From contig CBDFIJ010000004.1 of NCBI GenBank assembly GCA_965248055.1, positions 352,001 to 416,000 on the forward strand: a stretch of 64,000 nt of DNA, given 5' to 3'. Below the pieces are notes generated by a model, which saw only the letters and a list, made by a program, of their open reading frames with translations, had not been told where the DNA came from and did no database searches. Below are positions 1-9,486 of the stretch, in pieces. Numbering within the stretch: position 1 is the first letter of the stretch; every line of letters begins with the position of its first letter. Both the position numbers and the translations under genes were made by a program. Source of the DNA: Candidatus Multivoradales bacterium. GTDB taxonomy: Bacteria > Acidobacteriota > Thermoanaerobaculia > Multivoradales > JAHEKO01.

Positions 1-184
1 TCTTGAGCCGCTGATGGAAACTTTCGGGCAGGTCCAGGGTTGTCCTGAGCATTCCCTCGGCAGCGGGATTTGCTTTACTGCCCGGCTTAGCGCCACCCTG
101 TTTGGGCGCAATGTCGGCCTTCGTAACAACGGTTGCGGCACGGCCAACAAAGGAGTCCAGGTTTTCTGGGGGGGGTCTTTTCAT
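1..184 (-). CDS. ParG-like ribbon-helix-helix partition protein (partial, runs off window)
   Basis: Not in the ORF track. Manual translation from ATG at 184: MKRPPPENLDSFVGRAATVVTKADIAPKQGGAKPGSKANPAAEGMLRTTLDLPESFHQRLK. A flexible N-tail is followed by an RHH-like RTTLDLPxxxHxxLK strand/helix. It starts 4 nt after the frame-corrected ParA stop. Confidence 0.75.
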   Translation of the reverse strand, partial: MKRPPPENLDSFVGRAATVVTKADIAPKQGGAKPGSKANPAAEGMLRTTLDLPESFHQRLK

Positions 185-188
185 TTGT

Positions 189-814
189 CTAAATACCTAA
201 GTAGTTATATAGAACTATAAATTCTGCGGCGGCCTTGCTGTGGGGCTCCGACTCAGTGACGCTGAGGCCCTCTCCAAAGGCGCGCCCCAGGCAACGCGCC
301 GATAAAGGGGGGCGGCAACAAGGGTAGCCCCGTCGAATTCATCAAGGATCTCTCCAAGGAGCACCAACCCGTCTCGGTCTTCGTTGGTGTGGCCGACTAA
401 CGTAGGGATTACCTCTGCCTGCTTTTCGGCTCCGCGGAGCAACGCCAAGGTTTGCTGAAGCGCCCACACTGCGGAAGCTGTTGGGGTTATTGGAACCAAG
501 ATGCGATCAGCTGCGGCAATCGCACTGCGAACAACCGGTGAATCGCGTCCACCGGCGTCGATGAAAATGTAATCAAACCCGACAGCCAGGTCGTCGATCT
601 CGTGGTGAATGCGAGAGTGGGTGATCGCCTGAAAAGCAGGGGAGGGGAGCGCTTCGTCGCGTACCGCCAGAAAGTCGACCAAGGAACCCTGCGGATCGGC
701 GTCAACAAGAAGGACTCGCCGGCTAACGGCCAACGCGCTTAGAGCAAGGTTTGCAGCGACGGCAGTTTTCCCCACGCCGCCCTTTGTGTTGGTGATAGTG
801 ATCGTTTGGGTCAT
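189..814 (-). CDS. parA: ParA/ParF family partition ATPase with a 1-nt frameshift near the 3' end
   Basis: Deviant Walker A KGGVGKT, LLVDADPQGS and FIDAGG motifs. Adding one G to the G-run near 285-288 restores the C-terminus RRVAWGRAFGEGLSVTESEPHSKAAAEFIVLYNYLGI, with stop at 189-191. Confidence 0.85.
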
Positions 815-889
815 AGGAGTCTATTTAGAAACAGAGAGCCATAGTAACATAGAGCCAACTCCGGATTGATTTTTCAAGACCCCCCCAGC

Positions 890-1173
890 GAAACTGCGAT
901 CTCGATGGACGGCAAGGGGCGGTGGATGGATAACGTGTTTATCGAGCGTCTGTGGCGCTCACTCAAGTACGAGCAGAGGTGTACTTGTCGGAGTACGAGA
1001 ACGGACGACAAGCCCGAGCGGACGCTTCCTGGTGGATGGATTTTTACAACCAGAGACGACCGCATTCATCGCTTGCAGACCAAACACCAGACGAGGCGTA
1101 TAATCAAGATCAAACGGTCTCAAATCCTGGGCTCCGCCCCGGCTCTGAGACCGTGAAAGCGGCTTCACCATGA
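890..1173 (+). pseudogene. IS3-family transposase C-terminal remnant (frameshifted)
   Basis: SMDGKGRWMDNVFIERLWRSLKYE in one frame continues as EVYLSEYENG...FYNQRRPHSSLADQTPDEAY in another (2-nt insertion near 974). The N-terminal part is missing. Confidence 0.85.
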
Positions 1174-1227
1174 ACCCCGGATTCCACCTTAAAAACACTT
1201 ACATGAGTTGCGAAAAAAAACCAAACA

Positions 1228-1464
1228 ATGACAAAAGAAGAAATAATTAGAGCGTCCCTAAAGCTTACAGAAAATGACCGCGCAGAGGTTTTTTCGGCCC
1301 TTGGCGAGAGCCTTGCCAACCCACCACTTTTAGCTTGGCAAAGGCAGGCAATTGACGACGCCCTAGGCGCGACAAGCGACAACCCCGATGCCGCTCTTCC
1401 GACAGAGCCCGTAGAGGTCCATCTTCTACAGAAGGTTCAGGTTCGGCCTCCGAAAGACCCATAG
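1228..1464 (+). CDS. Putative addiction-module component (antitoxin-like)
   Basis: 78 aa. The pattern SLKLTENDRAEVFSALGESL...LLAWQRQAIDDAL...NPD resembles TIGR02574-type addiction-module components. No toxin gene follows. Confidence 0.5.
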   Translation: MTKEEIIRASLKLTENDRAEVFSALGESLANPPLLAWQRQAIDDALGATSDNPDAALPTEPVEVHLLQKVQVRPPKDP

Positions 1465-1779
1465 AGCGACCACCAAGGTATAAACCACAGGGAGATCCAA
1501 AAAGGTACGCCAAAAGAAGACAAAGGCTCAGCAATAGACGGTCCGAACAAAAAGAAAAAGCCACGGCAGCGCGGGCGTGAGCATTCGGAGGGGCCCGTCA
1601 GGGCTAAACGGTATATCCGCCAGAACAAAGGTAGCTTCAAACTGTATAAAAAGCTTTCTGCTGCCCACCTCGTCTACATTCTCACTTCGGCTGTTGTTAT
1701 TGCGGCTGTCGTTGGATCCCTCACGGCAATACTCCAGCTCGGCTCAAGCTTAGAAGCGGTCGAGGCCGAGGCCGGCTGG

Positions 1780-3909
1780 TTGGCCCGAACCGCCTCGTTT
1801 GTGACCGAGCACGCCCGACACGGGTCTAACTCTTATGTAAACAGTGCCGAGCTTCTCCAGATCCAAAAACTCCAAGGCCTGGAGCAGGTAGTCTGCATTA
1901 ACTACACTGACGCGCTGTTGTCACCGCCTGGTGGTCGGCGAAGTCTCGAGCGCGCAGCGATCTTTGCAGGTGGTAATGGAGAGCAAGTCGAGTCCTGGGT
2001 CGGCCATCCACCAGAGGCTGAATCGGTTGTTTTGTTGTCGAGGCAGCGCCTCTTTGGCTACCAAAACGGCGATGGTAGAGCCATTCTGGAGCTTAAGGAT
2101 GCAGTCTACGGCTGGCTTGGGCACGGCGCGACAATGCCGATATCGGCGTCGGCCATAGAAGACACAAAACTATCCAGGATCCCGGGGCTTAGAGCTGTTG
2201 ATATGGTGATTGCGGAGCGCAAGCCATGCCTTGAGGCTTCTGCTAGCCACTGGCTTGTTTTTTTGCAGTTGAAGCAAGGCGTGGACATAACACAAGCAGA
2301 GGCTGAGCTTCAGAATATATTTACCGAGTGGCGCGGTCCAGGTGGGTGGATCCCCGGGTTGGTACCCGCCGTCAGCAAGCTGGCCCCTAACGCTTTGCGA
2401 ATAATGCGGCTGCTGTACTGGTCAGCGGCGATGGTATTTGTCGGGAGCTTGATGTCGCTGTTTGTTTTGTCGGTGTTGTTTGGGTTGTACAGAGCCAAGG
2501 ACGGACAACTCTACGCGATGCTAGGCGCAAGTGCTTTCAACCAGTTTGTCATTGAGAACATTTCCACGATAAGTATGCACACCTTCGGCGCCTGGATAGG
2601 GGCCATGTGGGTGGAATTCAGGGTCCGCAGCTACCTGCAAGGGGGCATCTCAGGCTTCGCTGTATTAGGTGGACAAGAAGCTGAAAACATATTACAGGTG
2701 GCGACGATTTCCTTGCTTGCCACTTTCTTTATGATCGCTGCTGGGTGGATGGTCGTTGTCATCGTTAGCAGACACAATACTCAATCTGTGAGCCAGAAAT
2801 GGAGCTGGATAGGGGTTGGCGCTCAAGTGGCAGTGGCAATGCTGTCGATATCTCTGGTTTTGGGCACGGCGCTGTATATACGTGACCTAAAAAAACAAGA
2901 ACTGGGCTTCAACCCTGAGAACCTTTGGCTCATTCAAACAAAAGCAGACGACGAAAACACCCTCTACAGCTTTATGACCGGTCTTCGTCAGGAGTCAGGT
3001 ATCGAAACCTTGGGTGCGTGCGACTATGTACCTCTAATTGGGGCATCTGGTGGGTTTGATCTCGTGGCGCTGTCCGACCGCCAACCTCAAACCCCGACAC
3101 TTTGGCAAGCGCGCCATATGTCATGGGGTTATCTGGAGGCAATCGGGGGCCAGGTGCTCGCCGGCCGACACCTGGAAGAAACAACACCGAGGACGGTGGT
3201 CACAATCTCCAAGACCGCAGCCGTATACTTTTGGGGATCGCCAGACGACGCGATTGGCAACGTGATTATCAACCCTCGTTCCAAGGAGCGCCTTCAAGTC
3301 GGGGGCGTTATCGACGACATTAAGTTTACTTTTCCGAGTAAACATACCGATCCGGTTATATACATAACCCCGCTCAACCCGAGTAGAGCTATATTGGCTG
3401 TTCGCACCAAAGATTCGACAACGAGCTCGATGCTCAAGAATGTCATCGCCAAACATACATCGCCTGGTTTAACGCTGGCCGCCCCGCGCTTGCTCGACGA
3501 TATTCTAAAAGAGCGGATCGGCAGCTGGGCGCTGACAATAGAACTTCTCGCGCTTCTTATGAGCTACCTTGCCGGACTCACTGTCGTCTCTGTCGCCGGT
3601 GTCATGGGTGCATGGATCGTGGGCGCTAAAGAGGACTTCTTAACCCTCGGCATATTGGGTTCCAGCCCGAAGTTCTTGGGTCGGATAGTCGCCCTGCGGG
3701 GCTTTATCCCTTTGGCGTCCGGAGCGTTCACCGGAGCCGTACTGTGGTGGTTCTTGGGGCCCTTGGCACTCGAGAACCTCGGTGCGTCAGGGCAGTTAAC
3801 GGAGTTGGTTGTTTATAGTGGAGTCGGTTCGATCAGTGTCGCTAGCTTGATGGTCGGCCTTATATCGGCCGCGTGCTGGTGGTATGCAATAAAACTTGCC
3901 AAATGGTAG
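1780..3909 (+). CDS. Divergent duplicated MacB/FtsX-like ABC permease (ADOP-like); true start probably upstream
   Basis: Two periplasmic-plus-TM halves, an LGFNPENL motif and many TM helices. The frame is open back to 1465 and includes an N-terminal TM helix (HLVYILTSAVVIAAVVGSLTAIL) upstream of 1780. Confidence 0.75.
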   Translation: MARTASFVTEHARHGSNSYVNSAELLQIQKLQGLEQVVCINYTDALLSPPGGRRSLERAAIFAGGNGEQVESWVGHPPEAESVVLLSRQRLFGYQNGDGRAILELKDAVYGWLGHGATMPISASAIEDTKLSRIPGLRAVDMVIAERKPCLEASASHWLVFLQLKQGVDITQAEAELQNIFTEWRGPGGWIPGLVPAVSKLAPNALRIMRLLYWSAAMVFVGSLMSLFVLSVLFGLYRAKDGQLYAMLGASAFNQFVIENISTISMHTFGAWIGAMWVEFRVRSYLQGGISGFAVLGGQEAENILQVATISLLATFFMIAAGWMVVVIVSRHNTQSVSQKWSWIGVGAQVAVAMLSISLVLGTALYIRDLKKQELGFNPENLWLIQTKADDENTLYSFMTGLRQESGIETLGACDYVPLIGASGGFDLVALSDRQPQTPTLWQARHMSWGYLEAIGGQVLAGRHLEETTPRTVVTISKTAAVYFWGSPDDAIGNVIINPRSKERLQVGGVIDDIKFTFPSKHTDPVIYITPLNPSRAILAVRTKDSTTSSMLKNVIAKHTSPGLTLAAPRLLDDILKERIGSWALTIELLALLMSYLAGLTVVSVAGVMGAWIVGAKEDFLTLGILGSSPKFLGRIVALRGFIPLASGAFTGAVLWWFLGPLALENLGASGQLTELVVYSGVGSISVASLMVGLISAACWWYAIKLAKW

Positions 3910-5117
3910 AACGCGCAATGGATCACCCCCGGCCTGACCGGGTTGAAAGACGTAGAAAGCTGATCATTGGAATGGCTATTGTGGCAGCTATTTCTTTGAC
4001 TACAGTCATCGCCATTGTCTCCGCCAGGCGCCCTAACTCATACCCCATGGACGAGGTTGCCACCGTAAAGCTCAGTCAACTCAAGAGGTCAATACGTGCG
4101 GTTGGGTCGATCGTTTCGATCGATACATCTCTCGTGCCCGCTCTGGTTTCTGGTGTCGTCCAGTCTGTTTATATAGTTCCCGGAGAGCCAATAGCTGCGG
4201 ACACGATCTTGGTCACCCTTGAAGACGCGGGGTCACGGTTGGCAAAGCAAGAAGTATCGCTGAGGCTCGCGGACAGCAAGGCGAGGAGGATCACAGAGAT
4301 GGCCCTCTTGGAACAAGAATATCGGGATCTTGAGGCACATATCACAAAAAAAGATTTTGAGTTTCAGGCGAGATCTCTGGACCTCGAAGCCTCACGGCGG
4401 TTATTTCAGGAGGGGCTTGTGTCGGAGATCGAACACTCCAAAGCGGACCTGAGGCACCAAGAAACCAAAGCACAATTAGCCTTATTAAGACAGGAACATA
4501 ACCAATTTGCAGAGCTTCGTGACGCAAGGGTTGAATCTCTGAATGTTATGGTTGAGGCTGCGCTAAGTGTCTTTAAGAATGCCGAGCGGCAGGTGGATCT
4601 CTTAACAATTCACTCAGATATAGACGGAATTGTTCAGACCGTAGATGTTCAACTGGGGCAGGCGGTCCAGGTGGGACAAGCGGTTTCCTCAGTTGCTCCA
4701 TCAGGCGGTATCCGGGCACAACTGGACATCCCAGCTAATCACGCCGACAACGTATCCATTGGGACCCAGGTCCTCCTCAAAAAACAGGACGGCCGGAGCA
4801 TACGTGGCAGCATCGACCATATCGAGCCCGCACTGGAAAGCGGTTTCTTAGTGGTGAGGGTCAAGTCGACCTCTGAAGAATTGGGCCGAGTAGGAGAAAT
4901 CGTGCAAGCAACCCTAACCTACGGGAAAAAAAGGCACATCCTGCTAGTAAGACGCCCGGGGTACGCTGTGCAGAACGAAACGAACCAAGTGTTTGTCATC
5001 AATTCGGACCGAAGCATTGACCGGAGAAAGGTCCAGTTCGGTGATGTCACCGACGGCTTTATAGAGGTTGTCGCGGGACTGTCAGAGGGCGACACAATTG
5101 CGCTACAGACCCCTTAG
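3903..5117 (+). CDS. HlyD/MacA-family periplasmic adaptor subunit
   Basis: N-terminal TM anchor, lipoyl half-motifs, long coiled coil and a C-terminal VQFG...IEVVAGLSEGD motif. The ATG overlaps the permease end. Confidence 0.85.
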   Translation: MVERAMDHPRPDRVERRRKLIIGMAIVAAISLTTVIAIVSARRPNSYPMDEVATVKLSQLKRSIRAVGSIVSIDTSLVPALVSGVVQSVYIVPGEPIAADTILVTLEDAGSRLAKQEVSLRLADSKARRITEMALLEQEYRDLEAHITKKDFEFQARSLDLEASRRLFQEGLVSEIEHSKADLRHQETKAQLALLRQEHNQFAELRDARVESLNVMVEAALSVFKNAERQVDLLTIHSDIDGIVQTVDVQLGQAVQVGQAVSSVAPSGGIRAQLDIPANHADNVSIGTQVLLKKQDGRSIRGSIDHIEPALESGFLVVRVKSTSEELGRVGEIVQATLTYGKKRHILLVRRPGYAVQNETNQVFVINSDRSIDRRKVQFGDVTDGFIEVVAGLSEGDTIALQTP

Positions 5118-5134
5118 CCCAGGTATTTGAAGAC

Positions 5135-5848
5135 GTGAATAAGCCTTCACCATTGATAAAACTCGAAGACGCTAGCGTTGTGTTCTCAGCGGGGGATCAC
5201 GATACATATGCTCTGAATAAAGCTTCTCTGCTTGTAAAAAAGGGGGAATTTTTAGCCATTGAAGGCCCTTCAGGAAGTGGCAAGACCACCCTTCTAGGGG
5301 TTTTAGGGCTGCTCGTACCTACAACCACGGGAATCTACGAGCTGGAGGGTCAGGATACCATCCACCTGTCCCGCAAAGAGCGTCGATTGCGGCGTTGCAC
5401 TATGATTGGTTTTGTTTTTCAAGACGCGCGCCTGGTCTCGTCTATAAATGTTCAAAAGAATGTCGAGCTGCCGATGCGGCTGACCGGATCAACGACAAGG
5501 ACCGAAAGACAGGATCGAGCACTACAACTGCTTGAAAGCGTGGGGGTAGAACACCGTCGTGACCATCTGCCGCACCAGATATCCGGAGGAGAACGCCAAA
5601 GGGTGGCGATCGCGCGAGCACTTGCCAATTCTCCTTCTGTGCTACTGGCAGATGAGCCAACGGGCAGGTTGGATTCAAAGGCAGCCGCCAGTGTACTAGA
5701 GATCATTCAGGGGCTTTACGCGGCGGGCCAAACCATCGTTATGGTAACGCATAACCCCAAGCACGCGCAGCTAGCGGACCGAAGGATTCGATTGTCAGAC
5801 GGCTGCATCGAAGATCAAGCAGCGACTAGCGCAACTATAACAGTGTGA
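5135..5848 (+). CDS. ABC transporter ATP-binding protein (MacB/LolD type)
   Basis: [32 protein letters not shown] and VTH motifs. Confidence 0.95.
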   Translation: MNKPSPLIKLEDASVVFSAGDHDTYALNKASLLVKKGEFLAIEGPSGSGKTTLLGVLGLLVPTTTGIYELEGQDTIHLSRKERRLRRCTMIGFVFQDARLVSSINVQKNVELPMRLTGSTTRTERQDRALQLLESVGVEHRRDHLPHQISGGERQRVAIARALANSPSVLLADEPTGRLDSKAAASVLEIIQGLYAAGQTIVMVTHNPKHAQLADRRIRLSDGCIEDQAATSATITV

Positions 5849-5928
5849 TCTGGGGTCTGAGTAGTAACGGACCAGGGTTCCACGCTAAGGGCTGAGTCCT
5901 TGTGATCGATCCTCGGTCAAGCGATGAA

Positions 5929-6466
5929 CTATTTTAATTGCTCGGCTTGCTGTTCGAGCGACATTGAAATTTCGCTGAAGGCTTCTTGTAAGCGATCTTC
6001 CAAGTCCTCGACGTAGGCGACCAAGACTCTCTCCCTATCTGCCAACGTAGCTGAGACACTTGGCCCCCTGATAATTAGAGGGCGGAAGGAGGTTTCAGTA
6101 TGTTTCAAAATCAGCCCATATTGCCCGTCTCGCCTCCTTGTCAAATCGAAACTCGGGAGCATTTCGAACAATACCCACGTCGTCTAAGAAATCAACGAAA
6201 CCACGCGTTCCATCGTTCGCTATCGACCGAGCTCTGTCATGCGACCATTCGGCACCACTAGCCACCGCCAAAATACGACTACCTTGCACGATAGACAGAT
6301 GCAAACAATCTCTTATCAATTCCTGATCGACCTCGGCAATATCTGCTTCTATTCTCGTGAAGCAGTCAACCATGCGCGACAGCGATTCAACAAGAGATTC
6401 CGATTTCTCTTGTAACCACGCACCCATGTCATATTCGTATCCTTCGATTGAGACCCTTGGATTCAC
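5929..6466 (-). CDS. Hypothetical protein(s): two overlapping ORFs (6095-6466, 5929-6171), possibly one frameshifted gene
   Basis: Protein-like helical composition and a GGAG RBS before GTG 6466. No recognisable motif. Confidence 0.35.
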
Positions 6467-6512
6467 AATAAGCTCCTAATTCCGTTGAGACGGCCAGCAA
6501 CCCAGTATTGAG

Positions 6513-7793
6513 TTAAGCCCTCCGCAACGCCATGGTCATGCAGTGCGGACCACCGCGCGCCCTCGACAGCTCATGCCCATGGATCGTCACCACGGTCGGG
6601 CCCTGGCCCATCATCTCGACGCCGTCGTCGAGCACTTGGCCTTCGGTGAGCACACGCCAGCCGCGGCGGGCGAGTTCGGCGACGGTTTCGCGGTTGCGGC
6701 GGTAGACCAGAATGACGCCGGGGGCGACGGCAAAAGCGTTGGCGCCGTCAGTCCATTGTTCGCGTTCTTGGTCGACTGGGTCAGGTCCGCCACAAGGAAT
6801 GGTCTCCAGTTCGATACCGAGTTCAGCCAGGGCATCAAGAAAAGATGACTTGCGTTGGTAGATCAGCTCACCGCAGGTGAGATCCAGGTAAGAGACTTCG
6901 GCTGATTGAGGCCCTACGGTGCCGACCACCGAAGGAAAGGCCAAACAGGCGTGCTCATCGACCTGGGTAAAGACGGTATCCAGGTGCATGTAGGAGCGCT
7001 GTGGCGGCAACTCGACCACCAACAGATGCTTAAAGGCGGTCTCGGTCTGCCAAAGGTTCTGGACCAAGGCTTCGATGCCACGACGATTGGTGCGTTGACT
7101 CAAGCCTACCGCCAACAGGTCGTCGCGCATCACCATCACGTCGCCCCCCTCGATATCGCGAGTGGGAACCTGGTCACGGGGCACGTCGGCAAATCCCACC
7201 GGTTCGATCTCAAAGACGTTTTCCAGATCAGCGAAGTGCGGGTGGTCTTGAAAGATGGTCTTGGCGAGTAGGTTTTCCCGAGCCCGCGCTTCGGTGGCCA
7301 TCGAAGTGATCAGCACCGAACTGCCGATGACAGTTTGCGGATCGCGCTGGAAGAAATAATTGGGAACCGGGATCAGATCAAAAATCAGCCTGCCGCCAAA
7401 ACCGCCGTCCTTCTTGCGCACGCCTTCGATCAGGGTCGCGGTGACTTCTTCCGCGGAGCACCCGGTAGTCGCACGCAACCAGGCAGAATCTTGACTGGCG
7501 ACCTGCTGTAGTAGATCGCTGAGAATCTCGGGGTCAGCTAGGACATCGGCCAGTAGGTCGGAAGCCTCCAGAACCTCGGCTCCAGCCGCTTCCAGCAGAG
7601 CCCGAAACCGGTCATGCTCACGACGCGCCTCTTGCCCGTACAATATGTCGTCGAAGAGTAATTCCTCCATCATCCGCGGGACCATCCAATCGATCTCGCG
7701 CCCCGGACGATGGACCAGTACCTCGCGTAGACGACCAATCTCCGAATTCACATGTGCGCTTTTGGAATCCCCCACCCTCGAATCAACAGCCAT
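6513..7793 (-). CDS. arcA: Arginine deiminase
   Basis: VNSEIGRLREVLVHRPG, LLFDDIL, PNYFFQRD, IEGGDV, MHLDTVF, EQWTDGAN and ELSRARGGPHCMT (catalytic Cys). GGAGG lies before ATG 7793. Confidence 0.95.
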   Translation of the reverse strand: MAVDSRVGDSKSAHVNSEIGRLREVLVHRPGREIDWMVPRMMEELLFDDILYGQEARREHDRFRALLEAAGAEVLEASDLLADVLADPEILSDLLQQVASQDSAWLRATTGCSAEEVTATLIEGVRKKDGGFGGRLIFDLIPVPNYFFQRDPQTVIGSSVLITSMATEARARENLLAKTIFQDHPHFADLENVFEIEPVGFADVPRDQVPTRDIEGGDVMVMRDDLLAVGLSQRTNRRGIEALVQNLWQTETAFKHLLVVELPPQRSYMHLDTVFTQVDEHACLAFPSVVGTVGPQSAEVSYLDLTCGELIYQRKSSFLDALAELGIELETIPCGGPDPVDQEREQWTDGANAFAVAPGVILVYRRNRETVAELARRGWRVLTEGQVLDDGVEMMGQGPTVVTIHGHELSRARGGPHCMTMALRRA

Positions 7794-7832
7794 CCGACCT
7801 CCCGGTTGAGTACCCTTCAAGACAATCGATAT

Positions 7833-8015
7833 TAGCCCGGATTATTCATGAGCGTCACGACATCTTGGAGAGGTCGCCAGCCACCTCCGACCGTTCTCGC
7901 TCGTCGTGTTCTCACACATGCCGCGAGTATGCCTGCGGCACTCCTAGCTGCGGTTGGCCGGATCTGGTCGACGCTTTCTCCAAGCTGGCCTCAACTTCAT
8001 GAATAATCCAGGCTA
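7833..8015. mobile_element. 183-bp MITE with 19-bp terminal inverted repeats
   Basis: TAGCCCGGATTATTCATGA (7833-7851) versus the reverse complement of 7997-8015, TAGCCTGGATTATTCATGA: 18/19 identity. No transposase inside. Confidence 0.8.
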
Positions 8016-8040
8016 GCATCGAGCCGGAGCACAAAATCCT

Positions 8041-9486
8041 ATGTCCGCAAACCAACCCCAAGCTTTCAACGCCCTCTATTCCCGCTACGCATCGCCAGAG
8101 ATGCAGCGGCTATTCTCGGCTGACTACCGCTACACCACTTGGCGTCGGGTTTGGATCGCCTTGGCCGAATCTCAGTCCGAACTGGGACTACCTATCAGTG
8201 AAGAGCAGGTGGCGGCGCTGCGCGCCGGGCAAGACAATTTGGACCTGGATCGAGTGGCTGAAATCGAGCGTGAGACCCGCCATGACGTGGTGGCTCACTT
8301 GCGCCATTTTGCTGAAGAAGTGGACCGAGAGTCGAATGTTGCAGCGGGGGGCATCCTCCATCTAGGGGCGACCAGCGCCTTCGTCACGGACAACACCGAC
8401 GCCATTCTTCTGCAGGCCGGACTGGAACTGTTGGCAGCCAAGCTGGCGACGGTGTGTGATCGCTGGGCGGAGTTTGCTCGCGAGCACCGCGCAACTCCCT
8501 GTCTCGCCTACACCCACTTCCAACCGGCGCAACTGACCACGGTCGGTAAGCGAGCGACCCTGTGGCTGCAAGATGCATTGCTCGACTACGGCGCAATCAG
8601 CGTGCTGGCGATGGACTGGCCATGCCGCGGTGCCAAGGGCACAACCGGGACTCAGGCCTCATTCTTGGAGCTGTTCGCCGGCGATCACGACAAGGTGCGA
8701 CAACTCGACACCATGGTCGCCGACAAATTGGGCTTTGCCCGGTCGATCCCGGTCAGCGGCCAGACCTACACGCGGAAACTGGACACCCGGCTACTGAACG
8801 TCCTGGCGGGGATCGGTGAGAGCGCGCACAAGTGCGGCACAGACATCCGGCTAATGCAGGGGGTCGGCGAGCTCTACGAGCCGTTCGGTTCGGCCCAGGT
8901 GGGGTCGTCGGCGATGGCCTACAAACGCAACCCGATCCGCACCGAGCGCATGTGCGGCCTGTCGCGGCGCCTGATTACTGACGCGCTCAACGGGCCGATG
9001 ACCACCGCAGTGCAGTGGCTGGAACGCAGCCTCGACGACTCCGCCAACCGACGACTGGTACTCACCGACGCCATGCTCACGGCCGACGCGGTATTAAATC
9101 TGGCTGGCTACATCGCCGGTGGGCTGGGAGTGAATCAGGCCAGGGTCAGCGCCCGGGTCGAGCACGAATTGCCCTTCATGGCGACCGAAAAGCTATTGAT
9201 GGAAGGAGTGTTGCGCGGCGGTGATCGCCAAGAACTACACGAGGCGATTCGAGTACACAGCTTGGCGGCACAAGAAATCGTGGCCTCGGGTGGGGCCAAC
9301 CCGCTGCTCGACGAGATCGCTGGGGACCAACGTTTCGCCATGACCCGAGACGAGATCGAGAGTTGGGTCGATCCGCAGCGCTTCGTCGGTAGGTCAGCGC
9401 AACAGGTCGACGAGTTCTTGGAGGAAGTGGTCGAGCCGACTCTGGCCGATACTCCGCGAGCGCAGATGCAGGATCCCAAAGTTTGA
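8041..9486 (+). CDS. purB: Adenylosuccinate lyase
   Basis: SRYAS, RHDV, HLGATS, THFQPAQLTTVGKR and the fumarase-superfamily signature GSSAMAYKRNP. Confidence 0.95.
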   Translation: MSANQPQAFNALYSRYASPEMQRLFSADYRYTTWRRVWIALAESQSELGLPISEEQVAALRAGQDNLDLDRVAEIERETRHDVVAHLRHFAEEVDRESNVAAGGILHLGATSAFVTDNTDAILLQAGLELLAAKLATVCDRWAEFAREHRATPCLAYTHFQPAQLTTVGKRATLWLQDALLDYGAISVLAMDWPCRGAKGTTGTQASFLELFAGDHDKVRQLDTMVADKLGFARSIPVSGQTYTRKLDTRLLNVLAGIGESAHKCGTDIRLMQGVGELYEPFGSAQVGSSAMAYKRNPIRTERMCGLSRRLITDALNGPMTTAVQWLERSLDDSANRRLVLTDAMLTADAVLNLAGYIAGGLGVNQARVSARVEHELPFMATEKLLMEGVLRGGDRQELHEAIRVHSLAAQEIVASGGANPLLDEIAGDQRFAMTRDEIESWVDPQRFVGRSAQQVDEFLEEVVEPTLADTPRAQMQDPKV

